DNA of 64,000 bases from a virus (Duplodnaviria > Caudoviricetes), in the IMG/VR virus record IMGVR_UViG_3300017912_003441, positions 1 through 64,000 of that record, one strand, 5' to 3'. The translations under genes and the position numbers were made by a program. The notes under the pieces were generated by a model. The model had not been told where the DNA came from. It did no database searches and was given only the letters and a program-made list of their open reading frames with translations. Shown piece after piece: positions 1 through 9,579 of this stretch. Every line of letters starts with the position of its first letter. Within the stretch, counting starts at the first letter, position 1.

Positions 1-92
1 AAGACAACATCGACGAATACAAAGAGCTCTATGCATTTCCATACGCAGATAAGCGCCGAAAATTATTGAACCTCCGCAATGGAATCAGTTGA
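1..92 (+). CDS. 3' end of an upstream gene (partial), unknown product
   Basis: Open frame DNIDEYKELYAFPYADKRRKLLNLRNGIS ending in TGA at 90-92. Confidence 0.5.
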   Translation, partial: DNIDEYKELYAFPYADKRRKLLNLRNGIS

Positions 93-117
93 TTAATATT
101 TAATTTTCACCTATACT
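89..117 (+). promoter_or_regulatory. sigma70-like promoter of DNA polymerase
   Basis: TTGATT(89-94)-17 nt-TATACT(112-117), 7 nt before GTG start. Confidence 0.7.
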
Positions 118-124
118 ATAAGGA

Positions 125-2779
125 GTGTATAGGAATCTAGCTTACATACCGAATCAACGCGTTATGCGCTTGTATACTTGGGATGAAGAAGGCAATCGAA
201 TTGAAACAGATTGCCCTTATCGTCCTTATTTTTATAGCGAGACGAATAATAACAGACCCGATGGTATTTCTCTCTACGGTACAAAACTCAGAAAGCATTT
301 TGCCACAAGTGAGTTAGATAGAAGAAAAAAGATAGAAGATCTTAACGACCATCGAATATACGAAAACATATCTCCTTACCAGCAATTCCTAGTCGATCGG
401 TTCTGGGAAGTAAATGAGACAGACGAGTTTCAGCAATTCCCATTAAAGATATGGTTTTTTGATATTGAGACATATTCTCCTGACGAGTTCCCTAAACCTG
501 AGGAAGCTAGTCATATGATCAATGTTATTACGATTTATGATTCTGTACATGAAAGGTATTATACATGGGGTATTAACCCGTACAAACCAGAAACAGACGA
601 TGTAACTTACTACCATTGCAAATCTGAAGGAGAATTACTTCAACGATTTTTAGATCATTACTGCAATGATAGACCGGATATTTTGTCAGGGTGGAATAGT
701 GAAATATTCGATATTCCGTATGTTATTAACCGGGTGCGTAATATCCTTGGCGAAGACGCTACTCGGTTGTTTTCTCCTGTTCATGACGAAATAATGAAAC
801 CTATTTACCAGCGTGTATATAGGGGTAACTTTGGTCAGCAAACAGCAAAGTATGTTGTAGAAGGTGTATCCATGCTTGATTATCTTGATGTGTATAAAAC
901 CTTCAGCATGGGTATGAGAGATAGTTACAAACTAGATAACATAGCTCATATAGAACTTGGAGAGAACAAGGTAGATATTGGAGATGTTAGCCTAGCAGAG
1001 CTATCTATTAACGATTGGAAGAAGTTTGTTGATTACAATATTCACGACGTACGCTTGCTAGTAAGGCTAGATGAAAAGTTAATGTACATGGACCTAGCGA
1101 GAATGCTTTCTTACATTGGCTTAACTCCTTTCAACGCTGCCCTAGGTACTATTAGTACTGTAAATGGTAGAGCAATAGTAGAGGCGCGCAAGCAAGACCC
1201 TCCGAGAGTTATTCCTACATTTGTTAAGGGAGACGATAGAACCGAAAAATATGAAGGTGCATACGTAGGAGAACCTCAGCGAGGATTTCAAGATAATGTA
1301 ATTTCTTTTGATGCTAATTCTCTATATCCGAGCGTGATGGTCACTCTTAACTTGAGTCCTGAAACTAAAGTAGGTAGTATTGTAGGTACTGATAAAGATA
1401 AAGTTTACATAAAGACAGTCAATAACAAAGATATAGAGATGACTGTAGGAGAGTTTACTAAGTGGTGTAATAAGAATGAGATATGTGTAACAAGAGCAAA
1501 AAAACTCTTCTCTCAAAAAACTAAAGGTATATTTCCTCGCATTACTGATCACTTCTATGATATACGTAAAGGCAAAAAAGCAGAATGGACTAAAGCTCGT
1601 GAAAGACTTCATGCATTAGAAACTAAATTAGAAAACTGTTCTGATAATGAAAAACAAGATTTATTAGAGCAAATAAAAAAGACTAAATTTCAAATCGATC
1701 AATTATGGATTTGGCAGTTTACCTTGAAAATTCTTATCAACCGTATTTACGGTTACTTCGGTAATAAGATATCTCAAATGGGGGATGGTGATATTGCTAG
1801 ATCAATCACATTAACTGGTCGAGATGTAATCAAACAAAGTAATGTCATTCTACGTAACTATATCAAGAAAAAAACAGGTCTAACTGATAAGGATTTAGAA
1901 CGTAGAGACCCTATTGTATATAACGATACTGATAGTTCTTATTGTACAATATCGCAACTACTCGAACACATGGGTATACCTCTACATATTGATAATGTAG
2001 TTACTCCTGAGGTGTTAGATTTAGTACAAGATATAGAAGACGACTTAAATGAGAACATTGAGAAGTGGGCTCGTGATACGTTGCTAACTAAAGACCCTAG
2101 GTTTGTATTCAAGCGAGAGTCTATTTGTGATAGAGGCTATTTTCTACAGAAAAAACGATACGTCTTACACAAGCTTGACGACGAAGGAGTAGCATGTAAC
2201 AAGTTTAAGTATACAGGAGTTGAAGTGGTTCGTACTACAATGCCTAATGCGATCAAGCCGTATGTGAAAAAAATAATTGAACATATGATTATGACTGAAG
2301 ATAGAGCGTCAACGAATGAAATGTTCGAGGAGACGTACGATATATTCAAGTCATTACCTATCAATGATATTGCGTTTGTAATGGGTATCAAAGAGTATGA
2401 GAAATATAGCATCTACGCAAACGACTGGCAGGTAAAGAAAGGTACCCCTATACACGTTAAGTCTGCTATTTACTATAACAAACTATTACAGCATTACGGC
2501 ATAAGTAGTAAGCATGAAAACATTACATCGGGAGATAAAATTAGATATTTTTATACGATTACTCCGAATAAGTTTGGTCTTAAGTCTCTTGGATTCAAAT
2601 ACGACTTACCTGAAGAGTTTAATCAGGATTTCAAAATAGATTATGAAAAAATGTTTGAAAAGATTGTGTTTAGTGTCATAGATAGGTTCTATGAAAACGC
2701 TGGATGGAAATCGTTCAAACCAGGAGAAGCTTTGAATACAGATTTATTTGATTTCTTCAAAGTAGAAGTTGCAAATTAA
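125..2779 (+). CDS. 43: Family B DNA polymerase (T4 gp43-like)
   Basis: Exo motifs FDIET, GWNSEIFDIPY, YNIHDV; pol motifs SFDANSLYPS, KILINRIYG, YNDTDS, KKRY. Confidence 0.97.
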   Translation: MYRNLAYIPNQRVMRLYTWDEEGNRIETDCPYRPYFYSETNNNRPDGISLYGTKLRKHFATSELDRRKKIEDLNDHRIYENISPYQQFLVDRFWEVNETDEFQQFPLKIWFFDIETYSPDEFPKPEEASHMINVITIYDSVHERYYTWGINPYKPETDDVTYYHCKSEGELLQRFLDHYCNDRPDILSGWNSEIFDIPYVINRVRNILGEDATRLFSPVHDEIMKPIYQRVYRGNFGQQTAKYVVEGVSMLDYLDVYKTFSMGMRDSYKLDNIAHIELGENKVDIGDVSLAELSINDWKKFVDYNIHDVRLLVRLDEKLMYMDLARMLSYIGLTPFNAALGTISTVNGRAIVEARKQDPPRVIPTFVKGDDRTEKYEGAYVGEPQRGFQDNVISFDANSLYPSVMVTLNLSPETKVGSIVGTDKDKVYIKTVNNKDIEMTVGEFTKWCNKNEICVTRAKKLFSQKTKGIFPRITDHFYDIRKGKKAEWTKARERLHALETKLENCSDNEKQDLLEQIKKTKFQIDQLWIWQFTLKILINRIYGYFGNKISQMGDGDIARSITLTGRDVIKQSNVILRNYIKKKTGLTDKDLERRDPIVYNDTDSSYCTISQLLEHMGIPLHIDNVVTPEVLDLVQDIEDDLNENIEKWARDTLLTKDPRFVFKRESICDRGYFLQKKRYVLHKLDDEGVACNKFKYTGVEVVRTTMPNAIKPYVKKIIEHMIMTEDRASTNEMFEETYDIFKSLPINDIAFVMGIKEYEKYSIYANDWQVKKGTPIHVKSAIYYNKLLQHYGISSKHENITSGDKIRYFYTITPNKFGLKSLGFKYDLPEEFNQDFKIDYEKMFEKIVFSVIDRFYENAGWKSFKPGEALNTDLFDFFKVEVAN

Positions 2780-2796
2780 TTTTAATATAGTATAAT
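2769..2796 (+). promoter_or_regulatory. sigma70-like promoter
   Basis: TTGCAA-16 nt-TATAAT, 6 nt before ATG 2803. Confidence 0.7.
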
Positions 2797-2802
2797 ACTC
2801 AC

Positions 2803-3159
2803 ATGGATATATTTACATACGTTGATACGATCGGTAGGACGTGCTTCGGTGAATTAGTCGAAAAGACAGCCAAGCATGTCAAAGTTAAAGCACCAGCGAT
2901 GATTATGGTAACCCCTAATGATCCTAATAATATGAAGGTAGATGTTATGCCTCTTTTCTTTAATGAATTTTCTGAAGGAGAGCAACCTGTTTTCGTATAT
3001 AAGGAAGGTCAGTACGTTGAATTAGAAGTAAAGATTTCTGATAAGATCTTAACTCATTATAACGCGAAGATTAATACTACAGGAGAACCAAATGTGGAAC
3101 CGGTAGTAGAAAAGCTAGACGAAGAAGTTCCTGAAGTAACCTTATTTGAAGATCATTAA
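2803..3159 (+). CDS. hypothetical protein
   Basis: 118 aa ORF with own promoter, tightly packed before uvsX. Confidence 0.75.
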   Translation: MDIFTYVDTIGRTCFGELVEKTAKHVKVKAPAMIMVTPNDPNNMKVDVMPLFFNEFSEGEQPVFVYKEGQYVELEVKISDKILTHYNAKINTTGEPNVEPVVEKLDEEVPEVTLFEDH

Positions 3160-3162
3160 TAC

Positions 3163-4251
3163 ATGTCAAACCTTGTTGATAAAGCATTTGCTAAACTGCA
3201 AAAATTAAATAGTAACGCTACTACATTAGAGAAAAATACTCTTAGTAATGTTACTGAGTGGATTGATACGGGTTGCCTAGTTCTCAACTCAATTCTATCC
3301 GGGTCTCTATACGGTGGTGTACCAAAAGGTAGGATTACTATCTTTGCAGGAGATTCAGGTTGTGGTAAGACCTTTATCTTGAATAAAATCTTAGCACATG
3401 CACAACAAAAAGGCATGGTTCCTGTTATCTTTGATACAGAGGTAGCAGTAGAAAACGAGGGAGCTGAGAATGTCGGGTTAGATACCTCTAATGTAAAATA
3501 CGTACCAGTAGATACAGTAGAGAGTTGCCGTAATCAGATTATGACATTCTTGGATGAAGTAGAAAAAGAACCTGAACTGCATGGTAAGTTCATTATTTCT
3601 ATTGACTCCCTCGGCAATTTAGCGTCGGAGAAGGAAATAAACGATGCTGGTGCTAATAAAGGCGCCATGGATATGGGGCTTCGAGCCAAGCAGCTCAAAT
3701 CCATGATGCGTATTATTACTTACAAGGCAGCCGTGACGGGAACTACCGTAATTGCGAGTAATCATACGTACGCTGACCCTGGTGCACTCCATCCTACCTT
3801 AGTTAAGCAACAAGCTGGTGGGTCTGGTCCTGTATACATGGCGTCTATACTAGTACAAATGGCAGCGAAGAAAGAAAAAACTGATGCAGGTAATATAAAC
3901 GACGAAGCATTAACTGAAAGTCGTAATTACTCTGGAGTTACTCTTCGTATGCTTACAGTAAAAAATAGATTTATACCAGCATTCTTGCAAGGAGAAGCGT
4001 ATCTTAACTTTAAAACTGGTTTAGAGAAATATTCTGGTCTAAAAGATATTGCCGTATCTCATGGCATCATTCAACAGAATGGTTCGACTTATAGTATGGG
4101 AGAGAAAAAGTTAGGTTATTATAAAAATTGGCGCAACGACGAAGAAACGTGGAGTAATGTGCTACCTAAGTTAGAATCTTCTATAAGTGAAAAGTACCGT
4201 TATGGTAAATCACTTAGTGAATTAGCTATATTAGAACAAGACGATGAGTAA
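3163..4251 (+). CDS. uvsX: RecA-like recombinase UvsX
   Basis: IDTG..LN.ILSG, Walker A GDSGCGKT, FDTE, IDSLGNLAS, NHTY; T4-like context. Confidence 0.93.
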   Translation: MSNLVDKAFAKLQKLNSNATTLEKNTLSNVTEWIDTGCLVLNSILSGSLYGGVPKGRITIFAGDSGCGKTFILNKILAHAQQKGMVPVIFDTEVAVENEGAENVGLDTSNVKYVPVDTVESCRNQIMTFLDEVEKEPELHGKFIISIDSLGNLASEKEINDAGANKGAMDMGLRAKQLKSMMRIITYKAAVTGTTVIASNHTYADPGALHPTLVKQQAGGSGPVYMASILVQMAAKKEKTDAGNINDEALTESRNYSGVTLRMLTVKNRFIPAFLQGEAYLNFKTGLEKYSGLKDIAVSHGIIQQNGSTYSMGEKKLGYYKNWRNDEETWSNVLPKLESSISEKYRYGKSLSELAILEQDDE

Positions 4252-4939
4252 AGCTGTAGTACCTATTTCGGGTGGTTTAGATAGTTCGGTAATCTTAAGT
4301 TTAGCAGCAGGAGTTCATGATGAGATTTATGCGCTAACGTATGATTATGGGCAGAAGCATAATAAAGAAATTTTATATGCTGGAATGCAAATTGATAATT
4401 ATGATAATATCGAAGAGCATAAAGTTATTGATATAAGTTTCTTTAAAGACATTGCACCGACTTCCTCTTTAACTAACAATAACATAAAAGTAGCACACGC
4501 GCGAGATGTATTAGGAGATGCCCAGACTGTAAATTATGTTCCGTTTCGTAATATGATGATGCTATCTATTGCATGTTCGTACGCAGAAGCAGTTGGTGCT
4601 GAAACAGTATATCATGGGTCTGCTCTTGTAGATAGTCAGGCAGGTTATTGGGATGGTAGTAAAGAGTTTCTTACAGAGATTAATAATGTAACTGCTCTGA
4701 ATAGAAAGACAAAAGTAAAAATAGAAGCTCCTTTAATTAAACTATCAAAACAAGAAATTATTGAAACTGGGGTGAAAGGTAACGTTAAGTTCGAAGATAC
4801 TTGGACTTGTTATGAGGGAGGAGAAAAGGCGTGTGGTTATTGCACTGCGTGTAGTTCCCGCATACAAGGTTTTTTACAAAACGGTCTCGTTGATCCAATA
4901 GAGTATGAGCGAGATGATATACCTTGGAAAACAACTTAA
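4244..4939 (+). CDS. queC: QueC-like 7-cyano-7-deazaguanine synthase
   Basis: PP-loop SGGLDS, YGQKH, YVPFRN, C-terminal Zn site TCY..CGYCTAC..R. Confidence 0.9.
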   Translation: MSKAVVPISGGLDSSVILSLAAGVHDEIYALTYDYGQKHNKEILYAGMQIDNYDNIEEHKVIDISFFKDIAPTSSLTNNNIKVAHARDVLGDAQTVNYVPFRNMMMLSIACSYAEAVGAETVYHGSALVDSQAGYWDGSKEFLTEINNVTALNRKTKVKIEAPLIKLSKQEIIETGVKGNVKFEDTWTCYEGGEKACGYCTACSSRIQGFLQNGLVDPIEYERDDIPWKTT

Positions 4940-4953
4940 TAGATTATAAAATT

Positions 4954-5592
4954 ATGTGCGGAATTTTTGGATCAAATAATATAGAAACATTTAGAAAGCT
5001 CTGTGAAAAAAATACAGAGAGGGGTAATTTTGTACGCAGCGTAACGTATTTGTTCCCACAAGGATTACAAAGTAATACTTTAGTAAAAACTAAACACGAA
5101 CTAGATTTTACTAAACCTATTGCAGAGAATCCTTTTTGTATTTATTATCTCGGACACGTACAGTCTCCTACATCAAAGGTAAGAGAGTTTAAACAAGAAA
5201 CATCTCACCCATTTACTATCAACGGCCGTTATTTAGCACATAATGGTGTCCTAGAAAATGATAGAGATCTAGTTGAGAAGATGAAACTAGAAAACTATAA
5301 CGACGTAGATAGTAGTATTATTTTACCTCTCATGGAAAAGGTCGGGTTTAAAGAAGCCTTAGAAATGCTGCAAGGTATATTTAGTTGCTGGTATTATAAT
5401 AGTAAAACTGGTAGTTTGCGTATATTTAGATCTGGTAGTACCCTGCATTATAGCGAAGGTAATTTCACGTCTGCGGCTATACCAGAATATAAATATATAG
5501 ACGAGGGAGTTGTGCTTGAATATAACTTTACTTCTAATAATTTTAAAGAAATAAATAGATTCAAGCTTAACTCTACTCCGTTCTTTTTATGA
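4954..5592 (+). CDS. Class II (Ntn) glutamine amidotransferase
   Basis: True start is ATG 4954 giving N-terminal MCGIFG; HPF, AHNG, VDS motifs. Confidence 0.85.
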   Translation: MCGIFGSNNIETFRKLCEKNTERGNFVRSVTYLFPQGLQSNTLVKTKHELDFTKPIAENPFCIYYLGHVQSPTSKVREFKQETSHPFTINGRYLAHNGVLENDRDLVEKMKLENYNDVDSSIILPLMEKVGFKEALEMLQGIFSCWYYNSKTGSLRIFRSGSTLHYSEGNFTSAAIPEYKYIDEGVVLEYNFTSNNFKEINRFKLNSTPFFL

Positions 5593-6293
5593 AAACTTTA
5601 ATAGCAGTTGCTACAAAGCATACAGAGGCAGACTTTAAAAATACGCGTTTAGCAAAAAGTCTGGCGAGTCATAAAGAAAAACAATCTATAGTTTCATACA
5701 CTTTAAAACCGACGTATCAAAATACGTACGGTTTGTGTAATGTTTACAATAGGTATCTCACAAAAGAAAATCTCAAAGAGTATGATTGTATACTTTTTGT
5801 TCATGATGATTTACATATTGATAGCGTTAATTTTCTAACGTGTATTAGAGAGCAATTTAAACTAGGTTATGATGTAGTTGGACTTGCAGGAGGCAGTAAG
5901 CTACAGGTTAAGAAACCATGTCTTTGGCACTTAATGAGTAAACCTGATTCCCTTTCTGGTGTTGTAGCCCACTATAAAAATAAAAACGAATACTATCAAA
6001 CAATTTTCGGGCCTACTCCACGTGAAGTAGTTTTACTTGACGGTTTATTTCTAGCAGTCAAAACTAAATCTATCGCACTACATAACGTTCAATTCGACGA
6101 AAATATAAAAGGCTTTCATCACTACGATCTCAAATTTTGTTTTGATTGTCATGTTGCTGGAATGAAGTTAACCACAGCCCCTATCCAAGTCATACACGAC
6201 TCACCTGGTTTAACTGAATTCACAGAAGAATTTGCAATTTCAGAGGATTACTTCTATAATGTCCTCAGTAAATATGCTAACAAGCGAAAGTAA
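5589..6293 (+). CDS. GT-A fold glycosyltransferase (GT2-like)
   Basis: YN..L..., ILFVHDD (DxD-like), VVGLAG, LDGLFLAV, FDE..FHHYD, IHDSPG. Confidence 0.8.
   Translation: MKTLIAVATKHTEADFKNTRLAKSLASHKEKQSIVSYTLKPTYQNTYGLCNVYNRYLTKENLKEYDCILFVHDDLHIDSVNFLTCIREQFKLGYDVVGLAGGSKLQVKKPCLWHLMSKPDSLSGVVAHYKNKNEYYQTIFGPTPREVVLLDGLFLAVKTKSIALHNVQFDENIKGFHHYDLKFCFDCHVAGMKLTTAPIQVIHDSPGLTEFTEEFAISEDYFYNVLSKYANKRK
6232..6260 (+). promoter_or_regulatory. sigma70-like promoter of helicase
   Basis: TTGCAA-17 nt-TATAAT, 13 nt before ATG 6274. Confidence 0.6.
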
Positions 6294-7626
6294 CTACCTC
6301 GATATAGATCTTGATTATTTGGAGCGTATAGTCTTTAAGACTTGTCTTGAAGATGAAATATACTTAAACTCCATAATTGATAATCTGAACTATAAGTTTT
6401 TTAAAAATAAAAACTTTCAACAGATTATTAAAATAATTCAGGCTTTATATAAGAAGAATAAGAAGAGGCCTTCTCGTACTGAGTTAGAATTATATCTTAA
6501 TACTGATCAGTTAAAAGAGCATTACGAAAAATCTAAAACTATAATTAATGACATAAAGTCTGATCTAACCGACGAACAACTTTATTCATATACAGAAAAG
6601 TTTTTACAAGAGCAAGCAGTATTCAATACCTTCTTAGAAATTGTAGATAGTAAAGAACGAGATGTTAAAACTATTCATGAGAAGTTTAACAAAGCATGCA
6701 ATGTATCCATTACTACTAATATTGGTCATGATTATTTTGAAGATTTAGAAAAACATATTACTGATATTACTACAAGACAGACTACTATTAAAACTGGTTG
6801 GGATTGGTTAGATGAAAGACTAGATGGTGGTTTTCTTGAGGCTGGTAGAGCTATGTATATTTTTGCTGGTCCTACAAACGTTGGCAAATCTATTTTCTTA
6901 AGTAATGTAGCTACTAATGCAGCTGAAGCTGGGAAGAAGGTTCTAGTTGTTTCGTTAGAAATGTCCGAAATGATTTATAGTAAGCGAATAACTTCTAAAC
7001 TTACAAGCCTACCAATCAATAGATTACAAGATCATGTCGATACTTTAAAAGAAAAAGTTAATACATTTAAAGCAGTACGACCAGACAGTAAGCTTTTAAT
7101 TAAAGAGTTTCCTCCTAATTCTATTACACCTCCTCAATTGGAAGCATATATCAAAAAGCTTAACAATAAAGGTTTCAAACCAGATATAATTGTATTAGAT
7201 TATTTGAATCTAATGGCTGCTACATATGGTAATAACTCATATGAGCGGATCAAAAATATATCTGAGCAAGTAAGAGCTATGTCTTATACATTTGAATGTC
7301 CTGTTGTTTCTGCTACTCAGGTAAATAGAACTGGTTATGGGAACAATAATGATGCAGGTGGTCCTGGTTTAGAGTCGATCGGAGAGAGTTACGGTTTAGG
7401 AGCTACCGCAGATGCAATAGTAAGTATTTGGCGTACTGAACAAGATGAAGAAGATAATGCATTGCATATAGGTATTATCAAAAACAGATTTGGCGCTAAT
7501 ACTGGTTCTACTAGAATGAGTATTGATTATACTACTTTAACTCTTGAAGAAAATAATGACTTAAATGTTAATGATGATATCAACGCTGCGGAAAATGACG
7601 CTGTACAATTTGGGAGGCAGGTGTAA
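6274..7626 (+). CDS. 41: DnaB-like replicative helicase (gp41)
   Basis: Walker A GPTNVGKS, SLEMSE, IKEFPP, LDYLNL, SATQVNR, ES.GLGATAD, KNRFG; start moved to ATG 6274 downstream of promoter. Confidence 0.93.
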   Translation: MLTSESNYLDIDLDYLERIVFKTCLEDEIYLNSIIDNLNYKFFKNKNFQQIIKIIQALYKKNKKRPSRTELELYLNTDQLKEHYEKSKTIINDIKSDLTDEQLYSYTEKFLQEQAVFNTFLEIVDSKERDVKTIHEKFNKACNVSITTNIGHDYFEDLEKHITDITTRQTTIKTGWDWLDERLDGGFLEAGRAMYIFAGPTNVGKSIFLSNVATNAAEAGKKVLVVSLEMSEMIYSKRITSKLTSLPINRLQDHVDTLKEKVNTFKAVRPDSKLLIKEFPPNSITPPQLEAYIKKLNNKGFKPDIIVLDYLNLMAATYGNNSYERIKNISEQVRAMSYTFECPVVSATQVNRTGYGNNNDAGGPGLESIGESYGLGATADAIVSIWRTEQDEEDNALHIGIIKNRFGANTGSTRMSIDYTTLTLEENNDLNVNDDINAAENDAVQFGRQV

Positions 7627-7634
7627 ATATAGTT

Positions 7635-7784
7635 ATGACGGAAGACCAGGATCGACCAAAAATCTATGAACGTAACCCAGATACTGGGGTTATTAGATGG
7701 AGATATTTTGGAGAAGATCCAGAAGATTATGGATGGCCAAACTACGGTAATATTCTGTTAAATAAAGATGACGAAGAAAGATGA
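7635..7784 (+). CDS. small hypothetical protein (49 aa, not in ORF track)
   Basis: MTEDQDRPKIYERNPDTGVIRWRYFGEDPEDYGWPNYGNILLNKDDEER; TAAATA 5 nt upstream; fills the gap. Confidence 0.65.
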   Translation: MTEDQDRPKIYERNPDTGVIRWRYFGEDPEDYGWPNYGNILLNKDDEER

Positions 7785-8667
7785 AATAGTCTTTACTGAT
7801 TTAGATCTTGATGGAGCTTGTAGTTATTTAGTTCACAGCTGGGCTCGGCAAAAAAAATCTAAAGTAGTAACTATCAAGGTCAGTAACTTGAGAGAAAAGT
7901 TTTTAGGGTGGTTGAATAACCATAAACTTGAAGACTACAAGCAAGTATACTTTTTTGATTTAGATACTACAGAGATACAGGATCTAATTGACAAGAAAAA
8001 CGTCTGTATATTTGATCATCATAAGACTCATAAGCAAGAAATTTATAAAAACGCTGAGTTTTATATTGATGCAAATGAAACTTCTTGCAGTAAATTACTA
8101 TACAAACATTATAATACTCTCGATCTTCTGGGTAATTTGACTGTTGAACAAAAACATCTTATTGCTTTAGTAAATGATTATGACTGTTATGAATTAAAAT
8201 TTCCTGAAAGTAATAAACTTAACTTTTTGTTTTGGTATAAAAATGGAAACAAGTTGCAAAATTTTGTTAATGATTTCGAGCATGGCTTCCATGGATTTAC
8301 TGACGAGCAAAATAAAATTATAAGTTATCACATTTATAAATTTAAAAAACTTGCTGAAAGTTTAGAATTATATACATGTGATATACCAGTTAGTAAAAAG
8401 AAATATACCTTTGTAAGTGCTTTCGCAGATGAGTATATTAATGATGTTGCACAATATGTAATAGATAAGTCTAAATGTGAAGTATGTATGCTAATAAACC
8501 TAAAAAGTAAAAGAGTGTATTTTCGTAAAAATGACGGAGTAGATTTAGACTTAGGTAAATTTGCTAAAAAGGTATGCGAAGGTGGTGGTCATGAATACGC
8601 AGCAGGAGGGGTATTAAATGACGTTATACTTACTTTAAGTAAAAATTTTGTACCAATAAATGGATAA
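7768..8667 (+). CDS. DHH/DHHA1 family phosphoesterase
   Basis: TDLDLDG, FDL, IFDHH, NDYD, GGGHEYAAG. Confidence 0.85.
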   Translation: MTKKDEIVFTDLDLDGACSYLVHSWARQKKSKVVTIKVSNLREKFLGWLNNHKLEDYKQVYFFDLDTTEIQDLIDKKNVCIFDHHKTHKQEIYKNAEFYIDANETSCSKLLYKHYNTLDLLGNLTVEQKHLIALVNDYDCYELKFPESNKLNFLFWYKNGNKLQNFVNDFEHGFHGFTDEQNKIISYHIYKFKKLAESLELYTCDIPVSKKKYTFVSAFADEYINDVAQYVIDKSKCEVCMLINLKSKRVYFRKNDGVDLDLGKFAKKVCEGGGHEYAAGGVLNDVILTLSKNFVPING

Positions 8668-8935
8668 TCCATACACATTACTAGAGCAAAAAGATATAAC
8701 GCACAAATTTTTGAGTTTGTGCAGCTTTGTCTCTGTATGTGAAAATAAAAAAATTAATCTCGCGAATGTTTTTTTATTAATTCTAAAAGAAAAAAAATAT
8801 AGAACTCTATTTAAAGATATACTAATATTGGAAAGTAATTTTGATTTAGTGAAATTATTTTTACAGCATGATCCTTACTTATATAAAAGTAAGTATATTA
8901 CAAAGTATCTTAAAAAGCATTCTATATCTTTATGA
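8660..8935 (+). CDS. hypothetical, possibly gp33-like late coactivator
   Basis: 91 aa; occupies gp33 position in T4 order 33-59-32; function by synteny only. Confidence 0.3.
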   Translation: MDNPYTLLEQKDITHKFLSLCSFVSVCENKKINLANVFLLILKEKKYRTLFKDILILESNFDLVKLFLQHDPYLYKSKYITKYLKKHSISL

Positions 8936-9579
8936 GCGAGTTATCGGTTTACGAAAAAAACATTTACAATACCTACCTTAAAATAAGCCGACGCGGTAAG
9001 GGATTCAAATATCGCAAAAACTTCGACAATCTTTCTGACGAAAACTTTACTTACATTAAAAAGATAAGTCATATTTTATCTAATAAAAAAATTGACCCTG
9101 TTATGTATTTTACAGCTCCGTATGAATTATATTCAGAAGAATATATTAACTTAAAATACTTTACTACATTTAACGCTATAAGTTCTTACAAAAAATATCT
9201 AGAGAACTTACAACTTACAGAACCTGACCATTCGTACAACTTGACTCAACTACGTAATAGCTTTAAACATATCTATCAAGTTTGCTTTGATAATAATCTT
9301 TCTAGCTGTAAGGACTATCTTGAATTACATAAAGGGCTATATCCGCAATATATTTTAGATCTCAAAGATGGTCATATTTGTTACTATTCTTTACTAAGTT
9401 TAGATTTATGTGAAAAAAATATCCAGCTAGAGAAAAATACAGTTGAATTTGTATGTAAAAACTTTTATAATCTCTTGAGCAGTTTGAGATCGAGACTCGT
9501 CTTCTCGAAGAAAATCAAACCGTTGAGTATAAAACTAATAAAAACTATAAACAAAATATTAATAACAAATGACAAATAG
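8932..9579 (+). CDS. hypothetical, possibly gp59-like helicase loader
   Basis: 215 aa basic protein directly before gp32; size and synteny only. Confidence 0.35.
   Translation: MSELSVYEKNIYNTYLKISRRGKGFKYRKNFDNLSDENFTYIKKISHILSNKKIDPVMYFTAPYELYSEEYINLKYFTTFNAISSYKKYLENLQLTEPDHSYNLTQLRNSFKHIYQVCFDNNLSSCKDYLELHKGLYPQYILDLKDGHICYYSLLSLDLCEKNIQLEKNTVEFVCKNFYNLLSSLRSRLVFSKKIKPLSIKLIKTINKILITNDK

Noticed and set aside
4924-4953. QueC-GATase fusion by read-through, or GATase start at 4924
   Set aside because: The two ORFs are in different frames, and the Ntn nucleophile Cys must be N-terminal, fixing the start at ATG 4954.
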